A DNA stretch of 64,000 nucleotides from Chthoniobacterales bacterium. GTDB lineage: Bacteria; Verrucomicrobiota; Verrucomicrobiia; Chthoniobacterales; UBA10450. The notes under the pieces were generated by a model. The model was not told the origin of the DNA, did no database searches, and saw only the letters and a list, made by a program, of their open reading frames with translations. A program made the translations under genes and the position numbers. The first letter of the stretch is position 1. The number at the start of each line of letters is the position of its first letter. Below, one piece after another: positions 28,227 through 38,315 of the stretch. The stretch lies in NCBI GenBank assembly GCA_036270055.1, contig DATBDG010000155.1, positions 13,863 to 77,862 on the forward strand, in the 5' to 3' direction.

Positions 28227-29464
28227 GGCGGCCCTTCCTGCAACGACCACTGGTGCTGGAGCAGGCAAAGCACCCACTCGCGCGGCGGCATCCGCCCGGT
28301 CTGATAAAATTCGTCGGCCTCGACATCGAACGACGTCGCCTGCTCGACGTGATCGGCCATCGCCGTCCCGCGAAAGAGCGCGAGATTGATGTAACAACGG
28401 CCGGGAGTGAGATTGATCGGGTCGGTCGCGCACGTCACCACGCCCTCTGCCGGGAGCTTTTCCGGAATCCCGCCGACGGCGTCGCTGTCGAAAAGGTAAA
28501 TGCCGGTGTTGTTGTAGTCGTAGATCGTGACGAGAAAACGAACATGCCTGAGGGGCCGGTCGCTTTTGTAGGCGAGAGTAAATTTCATCCGGCTCGACGA
28601 GCTGACGAAATGACCGGAATCGACGCTCTCGACTTTGCAGGAGAGGAGACGCGCGCTGCCGTCGCCTTTGCGATCGCTCCGCTGCTCGAGGTCGACGATC
28701 TCCTCCTCGATCGTCGACTTGAGATAATCGCGCACCACCTCCTGGGTCGGGCCGTTGCCGAGCAATTTTCCCTTCTTGAGCAAAACCACCCGCTCACACA
28801 GCGCCAGGATCGAAGCCATATTGTGACTAACGAAGAGGATCGTGCGCCCTTCCCGGGCCACTTCGCCCATTTTGCCGAGACATTTTTTTTGAAATGCCGC
28901 GTCGCCCACCGCCAGCACTTCGTCAACGAGCAGGATCTCCGGTTCCAAATGGGCGGCGACGGCAAACGCCAGCCGCACATACATCCCACTCGAGTAACGT
29001 TTCACCGGCGTATCGATGAACTCCTCGACCTCGGCGAAGGCGACGATCTCGTCGAATTTTGCGCGGATCTCGTGCCGCCGCATCCCGAGGATGGCGCCGT
29101 TCAGGAAAATGTTTTCGCGCCCGGAAAGATCGGGGTGAAAACCGGTCCCGACCTCGAGCAGGGAAGCGGGCCGGCCGCGCAGGACCGCTTCGCCCCGGGT
29201 GGGCTCGGTGATGCGCGACAAAATCTTGAGCAGAGTCGATTTCCCGGCGCCGTTCTGGCCGATAACTCCCACCATTTCGCCGCGATTAACCGCGAACGAC
29301 AAATCCCGCAGCGCCCAAAAATCTGCCTTCGCCAAGCGGCCGTCGCTGCTTTTGCCATGCACCCGATGCCAGGTGCGGTCGATCGAATCGCGAATGCTGG
29401 TCGCGCCGATCCGGCCCAACCGATAACGCTTGGCGATGCCTTCCAGCTCGATGATGGGACGCAT
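28223..29464 (-). CDS. Polysaccharide ABC exporter ATP-binding protein (Wzt/TagH-like) with C-terminal beta-sandwich extension
   Basis: ATG at 29464 (MRPIIELEGIAKRYRL..). Walker A GQNGAGKSTLL, signature YSSGMYVRLAFA, Walker B ILLVDEVLAVGD. Followed by about 160 extra C-terminal residues. Confidence 0.9.
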   Translation of the reverse strand: MRPIIELEGIAKRYRLGRIGATSIRDSIDRTWHRVHGKSSDGRLAKADFWALRDLSFAVNRGEMVGVIGQNGAGKSTLLKILSRITEPTRGEAVLRGRPASLLEVGTGFHPDLSGRENIFLNGAILGMRRHEIRAKFDEIVAFAEVEEFIDTPVKRYSSGMYVRLAFAVAAHLEPEILLVDEVLAVGDAAFQKKCLGKMGEVAREGRTILFVSHNMASILALCERVVLLKKGKLLGNGPTQEVVRDYLKSTIEEEIVDLEQRSDRKGDGSARLLSCKVESVDSGHFVSSSSRMKFTLAYKSDRPLRHVRFLVTIYDYNNTGIYLFDSDAVGGIPEKLPAEGVVTCATDPINLTPGRCYINLALFRGTAMADHVEQATSFDVEADEFYQTGRMPPREWVLCLLQHQWSLQEGPP

Positions 29465-29472
29465 GGGCAACC

Positions 29473-30348
29473 TCAAACTGTGTCGATAAAAGTGCGCTCG
29501 GTCCGTTGAAAAATCATCACCCCGGCAAGGAAAAGGAAGGCCGCCAGCGCGCTCGAACAAAAATACTGACCGGCATTCACCTCGCCCCGGCCTAACAAGA
29601 GAAAACGCATCATTTCGACCGGGGGCGCGAGAGGGTTCAGGGCCATCGCCCATTGCCAGCGGGCCGGCACTTTCGAGAGCGGATAAATCACCGGGGTCAG
29701 ATAAAGCCAGACCTGCACAATCAGCGGGAGAGCATGGCGCAGATCGCGATACTTGGCGGTGCAGGAGGCCACGATCAGCCCCGCCCCCACACTCACCGCC
29801 GCCACCTGCAGCAGAACGAGCGGCGCGAGCAAGAGCCGCGCGTCGGTCCCGAATTGGGCGCCGGCCGCGGTGAAAAATTTGTAGTAGCACCAGAAGATCG
29901 CGAAGATCGCGGCTTCGATTACGAAGGCGATGAGATTGGAAAGCGCAACCGCGAACGGCACGATGAGACGCGGGAAATAAACTTTGCCGAAAAGTTCGAC
30001 GTTACTCGTGAAGGTGCCGCCGGTGAGCTGGAATGTCTGCGCGTGATAATTCCAGACGAGCAGCCCGCAAAGGTAAAACAGGACCGGCGGCAGCCTGTCG
30101 GTCGAGATGCCGGCGAGCTTCCCAAAGACGAGCGTGAAGACAAGCGTCATCGCCAGCGGTTGCACAATCGCCCACGCCGGCCCGAGCGCCGTCTGCTGAT
30201 AGCGGGCAACGAGATCCCGTCGCACGAGGAGCGCGAGGAGGTCGCGAAATTCCCAGAGAGCGCGCAGGTCGATGCGGAGCCAGCCCTGGTTCGGCCGGAT
30301 GCGAATCTCGAAATCAGATTCCTGGCCCGTTGTCATCACATCGTGCAT
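29473..30348 (-). CDS. ABC-2 type polysaccharide export permease (Wzm-like)
   Basis: Six predicted TM segments. N-terminal ..WEFRDLLALLVRRDLVARYQQTALGPAWAIVQPL.. is typical of ABC-2 permeases. Start uncertain (ATG at 30348 or 30336, TTG at 30396). Confidence 0.85.
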   Translation of the reverse strand: MHDVMTTGQESDFEIRIRPNQGWLRIDLRALWEFRDLLALLVRRDLVARYQQTALGPAWAIVQPLAMTLVFTLVFGKLAGISTDRLPPVLFYLCGLLVWNYHAQTFQLTGGTFTSNVELFGKVYFPRLIVPFAVALSNLIAFVIEAAIFAIFWCYYKFFTAAGAQFGTDARLLLAPLVLLQVAAVSVGAGLIVASCTAKYRDLRHALPLIVQVWLYLTPVIYPLSKVPARWQWAMALNPLAPPVEMMRFLLLGRGEVNAGQYFCSSALAAFLFLAGVMIFQRTERTFIDTV

Positions 30349-30663
30349 CGTCAACCCATCTGCCGCGGGGAGCTGCTTGGTGACTGTAGCGACCAACCAG
30401 CTAACGAGCCAGTATTTCGCTCACAAGGGCCGATTTTGGACTCAAAACAAACCTGCCGGAGGACACTTTTTCAGGGAGGCGGAAGCCGAAAAAAATGTTA
30501 CAATAAAAGGCTTGCCACAGTGGCCAAATTGCCCGCATATGGTGGTTTCTCCTGACGCTGGCCCCAATATCCTGTTGTTGGATCTTGTCCGCAGGTTATT
30601 AACTGGCCGGCTTCAGAGGCTCATTCACAGCTATTCACAATCAACCCGAACTCGCCTAAACCA

Positions 30664-33600
30664 ATGATCCAGCTCAAACCCGGCCTTCAGCCCACCACGC
30701 TCGCCAAAAATCGCAAGTCGCTTTCTCGCCGCCCCAAATCTTCCCGGAAGAAGAGACGCGGCTTGCGTTTTGCGCGAGTGTTCAGTGACGCGAAGGTCGG
30801 GCCCTTTGAGCAGATGGAGTGGGAACGCCGCACCGCCGAGATCACCGACGACAGCGGGAAAGTGATTTTCAAGCAGGAAGAGATCGAAGTCCCGAAAGGC
30901 TGGAGCCCGCTCGCGACCAAGATCGCGGTCTCGAAATATTTTTATGGCGACATTTCGAACGGGACCGACCCGCACAAAGGCGGACGCGAAACCTCCGTCC
31001 GGCAGCTCATTCATCGCGTCACCCGCACGATCACTGATTGCGGAATGGCGGACGGCTATTTCGCCGACGAGAAAACGGCCGAGACCTTTTACGATGAGTT
31101 GACCTGGCTCTGCGCCAATCAGTACGGCGCCTTTAACAGTCCGGTCTGGTTCAACGTCGGGCTCTATCATCAATACGGGATCGGGAAAGACGCCGGCGAA
31201 GGAAATTACTTCTACAATCGCGAAACCGGCGAGGCCGAACGCGCCGCGACGCAATACGAATATCCGCAGGGGAGCGCCTGTTTCATCCAGTCGGTCGACG
31301 ACACGATGGAAGACATCATGCGGCTGGCGATGAGCGAAGCGATGCTCTTCAAATATGGGAGCGGCACCGGGAGCGATCTCTCGTCCTTGCGCAGCACGCG
31401 CGAGAAATTGAGCGGCGGCGGCAAACCGAGCGGGCCGCTCTCGTTCCTCAAGGTCTACGACCAGGTCGCCAATGTGGTGAAGAGCGGCGGCAAAACGCGG
31501 CGCGCCGCGAAGATGAATACGCTCAAGGATTGGCATCCCGACATCGAGGAATTCATCGACGCGAAACAGAAGGAAGAGAAAAAAGCCTGGGCCCTGATCG
31601 AGCAGGGCTACGACGGCAGCTACAACGGCGACGCCTACGGCTCCGTCATGTACCAGAACGAAAACCTGAGCGTGCGGGTGAGCGACGATTTCATGAACGC
31701 GGCGATCGAGGACCGCGAATGGTGGACCCGGCGGGTGCGCGACGGTTCGCCTTGCGAACGGAAGGAAGCGAGAAATCTCCTGCACAAAATCGCCGAGGGC
31801 ACGCACATCTGCGGCGACCCGGGGATGCAGTTCGACACCACCATCCACCACTGGCACACCTGCAAAGGCACCGGCCGGCAGAATTCCACCAATCCCTGCA
31901 GCGAATATCTTTTCCTCGATAACACCGCCTGCAATCTCGCCTCTCTCAACCTGATGAAATTCAAGACGGAGCAGGGCGCCTTCGATGTCGAGCGTTTCAA
32001 GGCCGCGGTGCGCGTCTTCATCACCGCTCAGGAAATCATCGTCGATAATGCCAGTTACCCGATCAAGGAGATCGCTGAGAATTCGCACATCTTTCGCACG
32101 TTAGGCCTAGGCTATGCCAACCTCGGCTCGCTCATCATGAGCTACGGCTACGGCTACGACAGCGTGGAAGGGCGCGCCCTTTGCGGAGCGATCACCGCCA
32201 TCATGACCGGCGAGGCCTACGCCGAAAGCGCGCGCATGGCCGCGGTCATGGGACCGTTCCCGGGCTATCGCGATGCCCGTGCCAGCGGGGTGCCGAAGCC
32301 GGTCGCGAAAGACAACGTCGCGCCCATGCTCGAAGTGATCGCGCAACATCGTTGCGCCGTGCGCGAAATTCCGGACAACGAAGAGTTCGCCTACCTGAAA
32401 GAGGAGGCGGCCCGAGTGTGGGAGCGCGCCGCGGAACTCGGCGAGGAGCATGGTTACCGTAACGCGCAGGTCACGGTCCTCGCGCCCACTGGTACGATCA
32501 GTTTCCTGATGGACTGCGACACGACCGGGATCGAGCCGGACATCGCGCTCGTAAAATACAAGCTCCTGGCTGGCGGTGGCATGTTAAAAATCGTCAACCA
32601 GACCGTCGGCCCCGCTCTCGAGAAGCTGGGTTACAACTCGGAGGAGATCGAGCGCATCATCGCGCACATCGACGCATTCGACACAATCGAAGACGTGACC
32701 GACACCGACGGCTCGAAGATTTCCTCCGGCTTAAAACCGGAACATCTCTCGATTTTCGATTGCGCCTTTAAGCCCTACAAAGGCGAGCGCTCGTTAGGCT
32801 ACATGGCCCACCTCCGGATGATGGCGGCCGCCCAGCCGTTTCTGAGCGGCGCCATTTCCAAGACCGTCAACATGCCGGAGAGCGCGACGGTTGATCAGAT
32901 CATGAACACCTACATCGAGGGCTGGCGCCTCGGGCTCAAAGCGATTGCGATTTATCGCGACGGCTCGAAGCGCTCCGCGCCCTTGAACACGCGGAAGACC
33001 AAGGACATGGGCAGTTCCGGCGACGGCGCCCTCCTCACCGGCCGCGAACAGCTCGAGGCGCGCATCGTCGAGCTCGACCAGGAAATTTCGACCCTGCGCG
33101 AACAGCTCGACCAACCGGTGCGCCATCGCATGAGCGACACCCGGATGTCGCTCACCCACAAGTTCGAGATCGCCGGCCACGAAGGCTACATCACGGTCGG
33201 CCTCTACGAGAATGGCCAACCGGGCGAGCTTTTCATCCAAATGTCGAAGGAAGGCAGCACGATCGGCGGCCTCATGGACACCGTCGCCACCCTCACCTCG
33301 ATGGCCTTGCAATACGGCGTCCCTCTCGAGAGCCTGGTGAAAAAATTCGCCTATCAGCGCTTTGAGCCGAGCGGGTTCACCAAGAATCCCGATATCCGCA
33401 ACGCCAGCAGTATCACCGACTACGTTTTTCGCTGGCTCGGCTGCCAGTTCATTAAAGGCTACAAGGAAGCGACCTCCCCCAGCCGCTCCCATCCCGAGCT
33501 GCCGCTCAAAGAAATCGCCGACATGGAAAAGAAAGCCGTCAATCGCCCCGTCTCCGACCTCTCCCGGACCGGCGACAAGGAATTGATCGACGTGATCACG

Positions 33601-33789
33601 AACCACGCGCCTAACGAGGGCAATCCCTCGAACCTGACCCACGGCCGGACTCACGCCGAGCGCGTGACCGAAGCCCTCGGCAACATGTTCATGGACATCA
33701 CCTGCTCCCATTGCGGGAGCAACAAGGTGATCCGGGCCGGCGCCTGCGGCGTCTGCACCGAGTGCGGCACGAGCCAGGGGTGCAGCTAG
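30664..33789 (+). CDS. nrdJ: Class II (adenosylcobalamin-dependent) ribonucleotide reductase
   Basis: 1041 aa. ..NPCSEYLFLDNTACNLASLNL.. active-site region. ..GLKAIAIYRDGSK... C-terminal Cys-rich tail CSHCGSNKVIRAGACGVCTECG. Confidence 0.93.
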   Translation: MIQLKPGLQPTTLAKNRKSLSRRPKSSRKKRRGLRFARVFSDAKVGPFEQMEWERRTAEITDDSGKVIFKQEEIEVPKGWSPLATKIAVSKYFYGDISNGTDPHKGGRETSVRQLIHRVTRTITDCGMADGYFADEKTAETFYDELTWLCANQYGAFNSPVWFNVGLYHQYGIGKDAGEGNYFYNRETGEAERAATQYEYPQGSACFIQSVDDTMEDIMRLAMSEAMLFKYGSGTGSDLSSLRSTREKLSGGGKPSGPLSFLKVYDQVANVVKSGGKTRRAAKMNTLKDWHPDIEEFIDAKQKEEKKAWALIEQGYDGSYNGDAYGSVMYQNENLSVRVSDDFMNAAIEDREWWTRRVRDGSPCERKEARNLLHKIAEGTHICGDPGMQFDTTIHHWHTCKGTGRQNSTNPCSEYLFLDNTACNLASLNLMKFKTEQGAFDVERFKAAVRVFITAQEIIVDNASYPIKEIAENSHIFRTLGLGYANLGSLIMSYGYGYDSVEGRALCGAITAIMTGEAYAESARMAAVMGPFPGYRDARASGVPKPVAKDNVAPMLEVIAQHRCAVREIPDNEEFAYLKEEAARVWERAAELGEEHGYRNAQVTVLAPTGTISFLMDCDTTGIEPDIALVKYKLLAGGGMLKIVNQTVGPALEKLGYNSEEIERIIAHIDAFDTIEDVTDTDGSKISSGLKPEHLSIFDCAFKPYKGERSLGYMAHLRMMAAAQPFLSGAISKTVNMPESATVDQIMNTYIEGWRLGLKAIAIYRDGSKRSAPLNTRKTKDMGSSGDGALLTGREQLEARIVELDQEISTLREQLDQPVRHRMSDTRMSLTHKFEIAGHEGYITVGLYENGQPGELFIQMSKEGSTIGGLMDTVATLTSMALQYGVPLESLVKKFAYQRFEPSGFTKNPDIRNASSITDYVFRWLGCQFIKGYKEATSPSRSHPELPLKEIADMEKKAVNRPVSDLSRTGDKELIDVITNHAPNEGNPSNLTHGRTHAERVTEALGNMFMDITCSHCGSNKVIRAGACGVCTECGTSQGCS

Positions 33790-33856
33790 CCTGCTCGCCG
33801 AAGCTTTTTAAGCAAAAACGAAGATGGTGAAAATAACACCAAGCCGAAAAATTTAA

Positions 33857-33905
33857 GGGCCGCTGGAGCGCGTCAACGCTACCAGCGGCCCAATCTTTTT
33901 CTCTT
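33857..33905 (+). terminator. Rho-independent terminator of nrdJ
   Basis: GGGCCGCTGG-N15-CCAGCGGCCC hairpin followed by AATCTTTTTCTCTT. Confidence 0.6.
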
Positions 33906-34149
33906 GTTCCACGCAACTAGTTCAAGAGAGGATGCGCAGGCGTAGCAGTGAGGCAGGCCGATAAAGCCCCAGTTCAGGCCGCGACGGCGCCGGAAGCCCG
34001 GCGGATGTTGCGGCGCTCGCTCATCAGTCAGACAAACGGCGCAGGATGAGCGAACGCCACGGTTCTGCCCAACGGAAAATCTGGACGGGGCAGCATGCGT
34101 CCTGGCTGGAATATGCTTGGCGTTGGAAAAACGCCCGCCGCCCCGTTCG

Positions 34150-35142
34150 TTAGGCCGGCTCGAGCAGCCAGCTGGCGATCGAGAGATAGAAGAGCAGGGT
34201 CAGGATATCCGCCAGAGCCAGCGTCAGCGGACCAGCCGCAATTTTTGGATCAAGCCTCAGCGCATGAAGCAGCGACGGAATGCTCAGCCCGAGCAAACAC
34301 GCCATCACGAGCGAAGTGAGAATGCTCCCGCCGATCACGACCGCGGGCCAGCCCGCGCCAAGCCAGAACCAGACGATCGCCGCCACGAGCAGGCCGCAGG
34401 CCGCGCCTAACAACAAGGCGGTCGCGACCTCCCGCCGAAACGTGGCCAGATACCAGCGGAGCGTCGGCCGACTGCTGCGCAACGCCTGGATCGTGACCGC
34501 CATCGATTGAATGCTGACGCTTTCCCCCAACCCGAGCACGAGCGTCAGAAAAAACGCGATCACCAGGCTTTGCCGAAGGGTGAGAGCAAACGCACTCGCG
34601 AGGAGGGCGCAGACCGTCCCGCTCCCGATCGTCGCCAGCAGCCAGGGAAAACGATAGCGAAACGCCTCCAGCGGCCGGGCGTCGCGGACCTGCGAAACGT
34701 GAAAGCCAATCGTCTCAAAAATGTCCTCGTGCTGCTCGCGCTCCGCGATGTCGAACACTTCCTCGGTAAAAACGCCGATATCGACCAACCCAAGGATGCG
34801 TCGCTCGTCGTCCACCACCGGAAAGGCGAAAAACTTGTGGAGCACGAAAAATTCACAGGCCTCGAGCAGCGTCGCGCTTTGCGGAATGGCGATGACCCGC
34901 TTGATCATGAGATCGCCGATGCGCTCCTCGGGCAGAGCGGTGAGCAAGCGACGGGTCGGGAGCACCCCGACCAACCGATGATCTTCATCGAGCACGTAGA
35001 AGTAGACGATTTTCTCGCCGATTCCCTCCCGGCGTAGCGTGTCGAGCGCTTCGCGCGCGGTCATGCCTTCGCGCAGCCGGGCAAAATCCTGCCGGACGAA
35101 ACGAGTTACCGGCTGATCGAGGTGCGGTGGCGAGGCTTTCAT
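34150..35142 (-). CDS. MgtE-family magnesium transporter (CBS pair and MgtE membrane domain, no recognisable MgtE N-domain)
   Basis: ATG at 35142 (MKASPPHL..) or 35199 within the over-long ORF 34150..36039. CBS-like ..VYFYVLDEDHRLVGVLPTRRLL.. and ..AFPVVDDERRILGLVDI... TM part ..LGLGESVSIQSMAVTIQAL..DPKIAAGPLTLALADILTLLFY... Confidence 0.8.
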   Translation of the reverse strand: MKASPPHLDQPVTRFVRQDFARLREGMTAREALDTLRREGIGEKIVYFYVLDEDHRLVGVLPTRRLLTALPEERIGDLMIKRVIAIPQSATLLEACEFFVLHKFFAFPVVDDERRILGLVDIGVFTEEVFDIAEREQHEDIFETIGFHVSQVRDARPLEAFRYRFPWLLATIGSGTVCALLASAFALTLRQSLVIAFFLTLVLGLGESVSIQSMAVTIQALRSSRPTLRWYLATFRREVATALLLGAACGLLVAAIVWFWLGAGWPAVVIGGSILTSLVMACLLGLSIPSLLHALRLDPKIAAGPLTLALADILTLLFYLSIASWLLEPA

Positions 35143-35241
35143 CGCCGGATCATAGCCGTGAAGCGGTCTTGATTCGAGGCGGACTCGAGCGCTTGACATC
35201 GGCCGGGGGTTATTTCCCGTGCAGTCAGCAGATCGCTCGGC

Positions 35242-36006
35242 ATGCGCAAAATTATTTTCATCTTCCTGATCGTCGGAGCTAGCGTTGTCGCCGCATGGTT
35301 CTGGCTGCCTAAGCACAAGAAAATTGAACCGACGGTGAACCATGCTCCTCCCGCGACGCCCGCAGAGTTGAAGACGATTCAAGATCGCCTGGCCGAATTC
35401 GGGGGGCCGGTGCGGAAACGACTCGCGCCCCACTTTGCGCAAGCCGGCGTGCATTATCCGCCGTCGCGCCTGGCTTTCGTCGCGATCAAGGAAACGCAGA
35501 AACTGGAAGTGTGGGCCGCGAATGAGGGCGAAGAGCTCCGTTTCATTCGCGAATATGATGTGCTGGCGGCGAGCGGCCGGCTCGGTCCGAAGTTGCGCGA
35601 AGGCGACCGCCAGGTTCCGGAAGGCGCCTATCGCATCGTGCTCCTGAATCCAAACAGCCGCTATCATCTTTCGCTGCGCGTCAGCTACCCGAACGAATTC
35701 GACCTCGCGCAGGCCGGGCGCGAAGGGCGCACCGAACCGGGCACCGACATCATGATCCACGGCGGCGCGCGCTCGCGTGGGTGTCTCGCGGTTGGCGACG
35801 AGGGCGCGGAAGATATGTTTGTCGTCGCGGCCCTCACCGAGACGCGGGAGATTCCCCTTCTCATCAGCCCGGTCGATTTTCGGGTGCGCGAATTTGCCGC
35901 GCCCGCGGACGCGCCCACCTGGACCGAGGAACTCTACCGCGAAATTCGCGCGAAGCTGGCGGCCTTCCAGCGACCGCCGGCGATCGAAACCGTGGACGTC
36001 GACTAA
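35242..36006 (+). CDS. L,D-transpeptidase family protein (YkuD/YafK-like)
   Basis: N-terminal membrane anchor. Catalytic ..IMIHGGARSRGCLAV.. (H-x-G..S/R-x-G-C) motif. Confidence 0.8.
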   Translation: MRKIIFIFLIVGASVVAAWFWLPKHKKIEPTVNHAPPATPAELKTIQDRLAEFGGPVRKRLAPHFAQAGVHYPPSRLAFVAIKETQKLEVWAANEGEELRFIREYDVLAASGRLGPKLREGDRQVPEGAYRIVLLNPNSRYHLSLRVSYPNEFDLAQAGREGRTEPGTDIMIHGGARSRGCLAVGDEGAEDMFVVAALTETREIPLLISPVDFRVREFAAPADAPTWTEELYREIRAKLAAFQRPPAIETVDVD

Positions 36007-36086
36007 GAATTGCCCGTCATTCAGCACCGCTAATTTCAATCACCTCTTGCGGAGTGTGATAACGTTGCGCTTCAGTTCGTTTCTCG

Positions 36087-37103
36087 ATGCAAATCACCAC
36101 CTCTTCCGGCTCTTCCGCGTCACCTTTTCCACCCGGCTTCCAGTTCCGGCCCTTCCGTTTCCTCCTCGGGGTCATTGGGACGATCGGAATCCTGGTCACG
36201 CTCTTCTCGCTCCTTTTCGGCTTTGTCTCCATCCCGACTAATTCTGTCGGCGTGAAGCTCCGGTTCGGTGCTTACCACAGCACCGAGGGACCGGGCCTGG
36301 CCTACGCGATCCCGTATGTTGACGAAATCACGATCGTGCCAACTCAGCGGCTCTTAAAGCTCGAGTTCGGGTTTACGACGCCGCAGGCGACGAATGAATT
36401 TCAGGGCGACAATAATCCCGAAGACACTGAGACGATGATCACGGGCGACCTCAATACCGCCCTCGTCCCTTGGGTGGTGCAATACCGGATCACCGACCCG
36501 AAGCAGTATCTCTTCGGGGCGCGCGAGCCGGAACAGACGCTGCGCGATCTTTCGGAAAGCGTGATGCGCGAAGTGATCGGCGATCGCACTGTCGATGAGG
36601 TGCTGACCATCGGCCGGCACGATATCGAAACGGCCGCGCTCGGCCGACTGGCGAAGCTCTCCTCCGACTACGGGCTCGGCTTGCAGATCCAGCAGGTGCA
36701 GCTTGCGACGGTGCGCCCGCCTCCCGCGGTCCAGGCCGCCTTCAACGAAGTCAACCAGGCGCAGCAGGAAAAGCAGACCGCGATCAACCAGGCGTGGGCG
36801 ATTTATAACGACGCCGTGCCGAACGCCCGCGGCCAGGCCAAGGAGCGCGAGAAACAGGCCGAGGCCTATGCCTTTCGCCGGGTCAACGGCGCGAAGGGCG
36901 ACACGGAAAAATTCTCTCTCCTCCTCGCCGAGTATACAAAGGCGCCGGAGATCACGCGGCAGCGGCTTTATTTTGAAGCGATGGAATCGATCCTCCCGGC
37001 GCTCGAGCGCAAGATTGTGGTCGACGACAGCATCAAAGGCGTCTTGCAAACCCTCCCGCTCCTGCCGCCCGCACCCGCCGCCACGCCCGCCCCGCAACCA
37101 TGA
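36087..37103 (+). CDS. hflK: FtsH protease modulator HflK (SPFH/band 7)
   Basis: TM anchor, SPFH domain (..MITGDLNTALVPWVVQYRI..), coiled-coil ..AFNEVNQAQQEKQ..A.GQAKE... Followed directly by hflC. Confidence 0.85.
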   Translation: MQITTSSGSSASPFPPGFQFRPFRFLLGVIGTIGILVTLFSLLFGFVSIPTNSVGVKLRFGAYHSTEGPGLAYAIPYVDEITIVPTQRLLKLEFGFTTPQATNEFQGDNNPEDTETMITGDLNTALVPWVVQYRITDPKQYLFGAREPEQTLRDLSESVMREVIGDRTVDEVLTIGRHDIETAALGRLAKLSSDYGLGLQIQQVQLATVRPPPAVQAAFNEVNQAQQEKQTAINQAWAIYNDAVPNARGQAKEREKQAEAYAFRRVNGAKGDTEKFSLLLAEYTKAPEITRQRLYFEAMESILPALERKIVVDDSIKGVLQTLPLLPPAPAATPAPQP

Positions 37104-37177
37104 GGACGCCCGTCAGGCTCGACAGAGTCTCGCCCCACCAAAATTGCCGCATTGCCTAACGACACCTAACGAACCAC

Positions 37178-38206
37178 ATGGCCACCATCTATCGCCCACA
37201 CTTTTCCACCCGCTTCGTCGGCTTCATGCAGAATCCCATCCTCGCGATCATCGGGCTCATCTTCTTGCTCACCGCCTTGAAATGGGGTGCGCTACTTTTC
37301 ACCGTCCACCAATACGAGACCGCGATCGTGACCCGCTTCGGCAAAGCCATCCGGGTCGAGAAAACGCCGGGGCTGAAGCTCAAGGTGCCCTTTATCGACG
37401 CCGTGCACCGCTTCGATAACCGCATCCTGGCCTGGGACGGCCCGCCGACCGAAACACCGACCAAAGACAAGCTCTATCTCATCGTCGATTGCTTCGCGCG
37501 CTGGCGGATCAGCGACCCACTTCTCTATTACAATCGCCTGAACGACGAACGGAGTGCGCTCTCCCGCCTCGACGACATCCTCGGAAGCGAAACCCGCACC
37601 GCCGTGGCCTCGAACGACCTGGTCGAGATCGTGAGGGTAACCAAGGGACGCGAGCCGGTGCATGACGAAGAGCTGGAAAAGAGCGGAACCGTCCTGCCGA
37701 GCAACTTGCCCGACATCGAGCTCGGCCGGAGCGCGATCGAGGAGCAGATCACGCAGCGCGCCCGGGAAAAGATCGAAGGCTTTGGAATCGAGCTGCTCGA
37801 TGAGCGCTTCAAGCGGAGCAAATACAATCCCGACGTCGCGCAGAAGATCATCGAGCGGATGTCGAGCGAGAGGCACCAGATCGCCTCCAAATTCCGCTCC
37901 GAAGGGCGGGGCGAAGCCGCCAACATCAACGGACAAAAGGAGAGCGACGTCGCGTCGATCCAGTCCGCCGCCCAGCGCAACGCCCTCAAGATCGAGGGCG
38001 AGGCCGATGCGGAGGCGGCGCGTATTTACACCGCGGCCTACAACACGCCGGAAGCGCAGAACCTTTATTCGTTCCTTCGCCGGCTTGATGTGGCGCGCTA
38101 CGGGTTCAACCAGGGCACGTCGGCCGTCATCTCAACCAGCAGCGATTTCGGCGGCGTCTTGAAGGGAATTGGCAACCCGTCGCCTCAGCCGCCGCTCCGA
38201 CCCTGA
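37178..38206 (+). CDS. hflC: FtsH protease modulator HflC (SPFH/band 7)
   Basis: TM anchor and ..VTRFGKAIRVEKTPGLKLKVPFIDAVHRFDNRIL..TKDKLYLIVDCFARWRI... Alternative start at ATG 37226. Confidence 0.85.
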   Translation: MATIYRPHFSTRFVGFMQNPILAIIGLIFLLTALKWGALLFTVHQYETAIVTRFGKAIRVEKTPGLKLKVPFIDAVHRFDNRILAWDGPPTETPTKDKLYLIVDCFARWRISDPLLYYNRLNDERSALSRLDDILGSETRTAVASNDLVEIVRVTKGREPVHDEELEKSGTVLPSNLPDIELGRSAIEEQITQRAREKIEGFGIELLDERFKRSKYNPDVAQKIIERMSSERHQIASKFRSEGRGEAANINGQKESDVASIQSAAQRNALKIEGEADAEAARIYTAAYNTPEAQNLYSFLRRLDVARYGFNQGTSAVISTSSDFGGVLKGIGNPSPQPPLRP

Positions 38207-38315
38207 CGCGGAACGGGAGCGACTGTCGGAAAACGCGCCACAACTGTGTCTCTTGTCGAATGGACCGCGGACGCTTGCGAACTCAGAGGTTTGGCGCAGT
38301 TTTGATGTCTCTGAC

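Noticed and set aside
30529-30580. Two AT-centred imperfect palindromes (CCCGCATATGGTGG and CCCCAATATCCTG, about 30 bp apart) upstream of nrdJ as NrdR boxes
   Set aside because: The spacing is suggestive, but the match to the NrdR box consensus (acaCwAtATaTwGtgt) is poor in both half-sites. I cannot confirm an nrdR gene from this window.
34150-36039. 629-aa ORF suggesting a much longer MgtE-like protein
   Set aside because: Only the C-terminal 330 aa or so (from ATG 35142 or 35199) looks like CBS plus MgtE. The upstream 300 codons are antisense to the well-supported L,D-transpeptidase gene (35242..36006) and look like high-GC noise.
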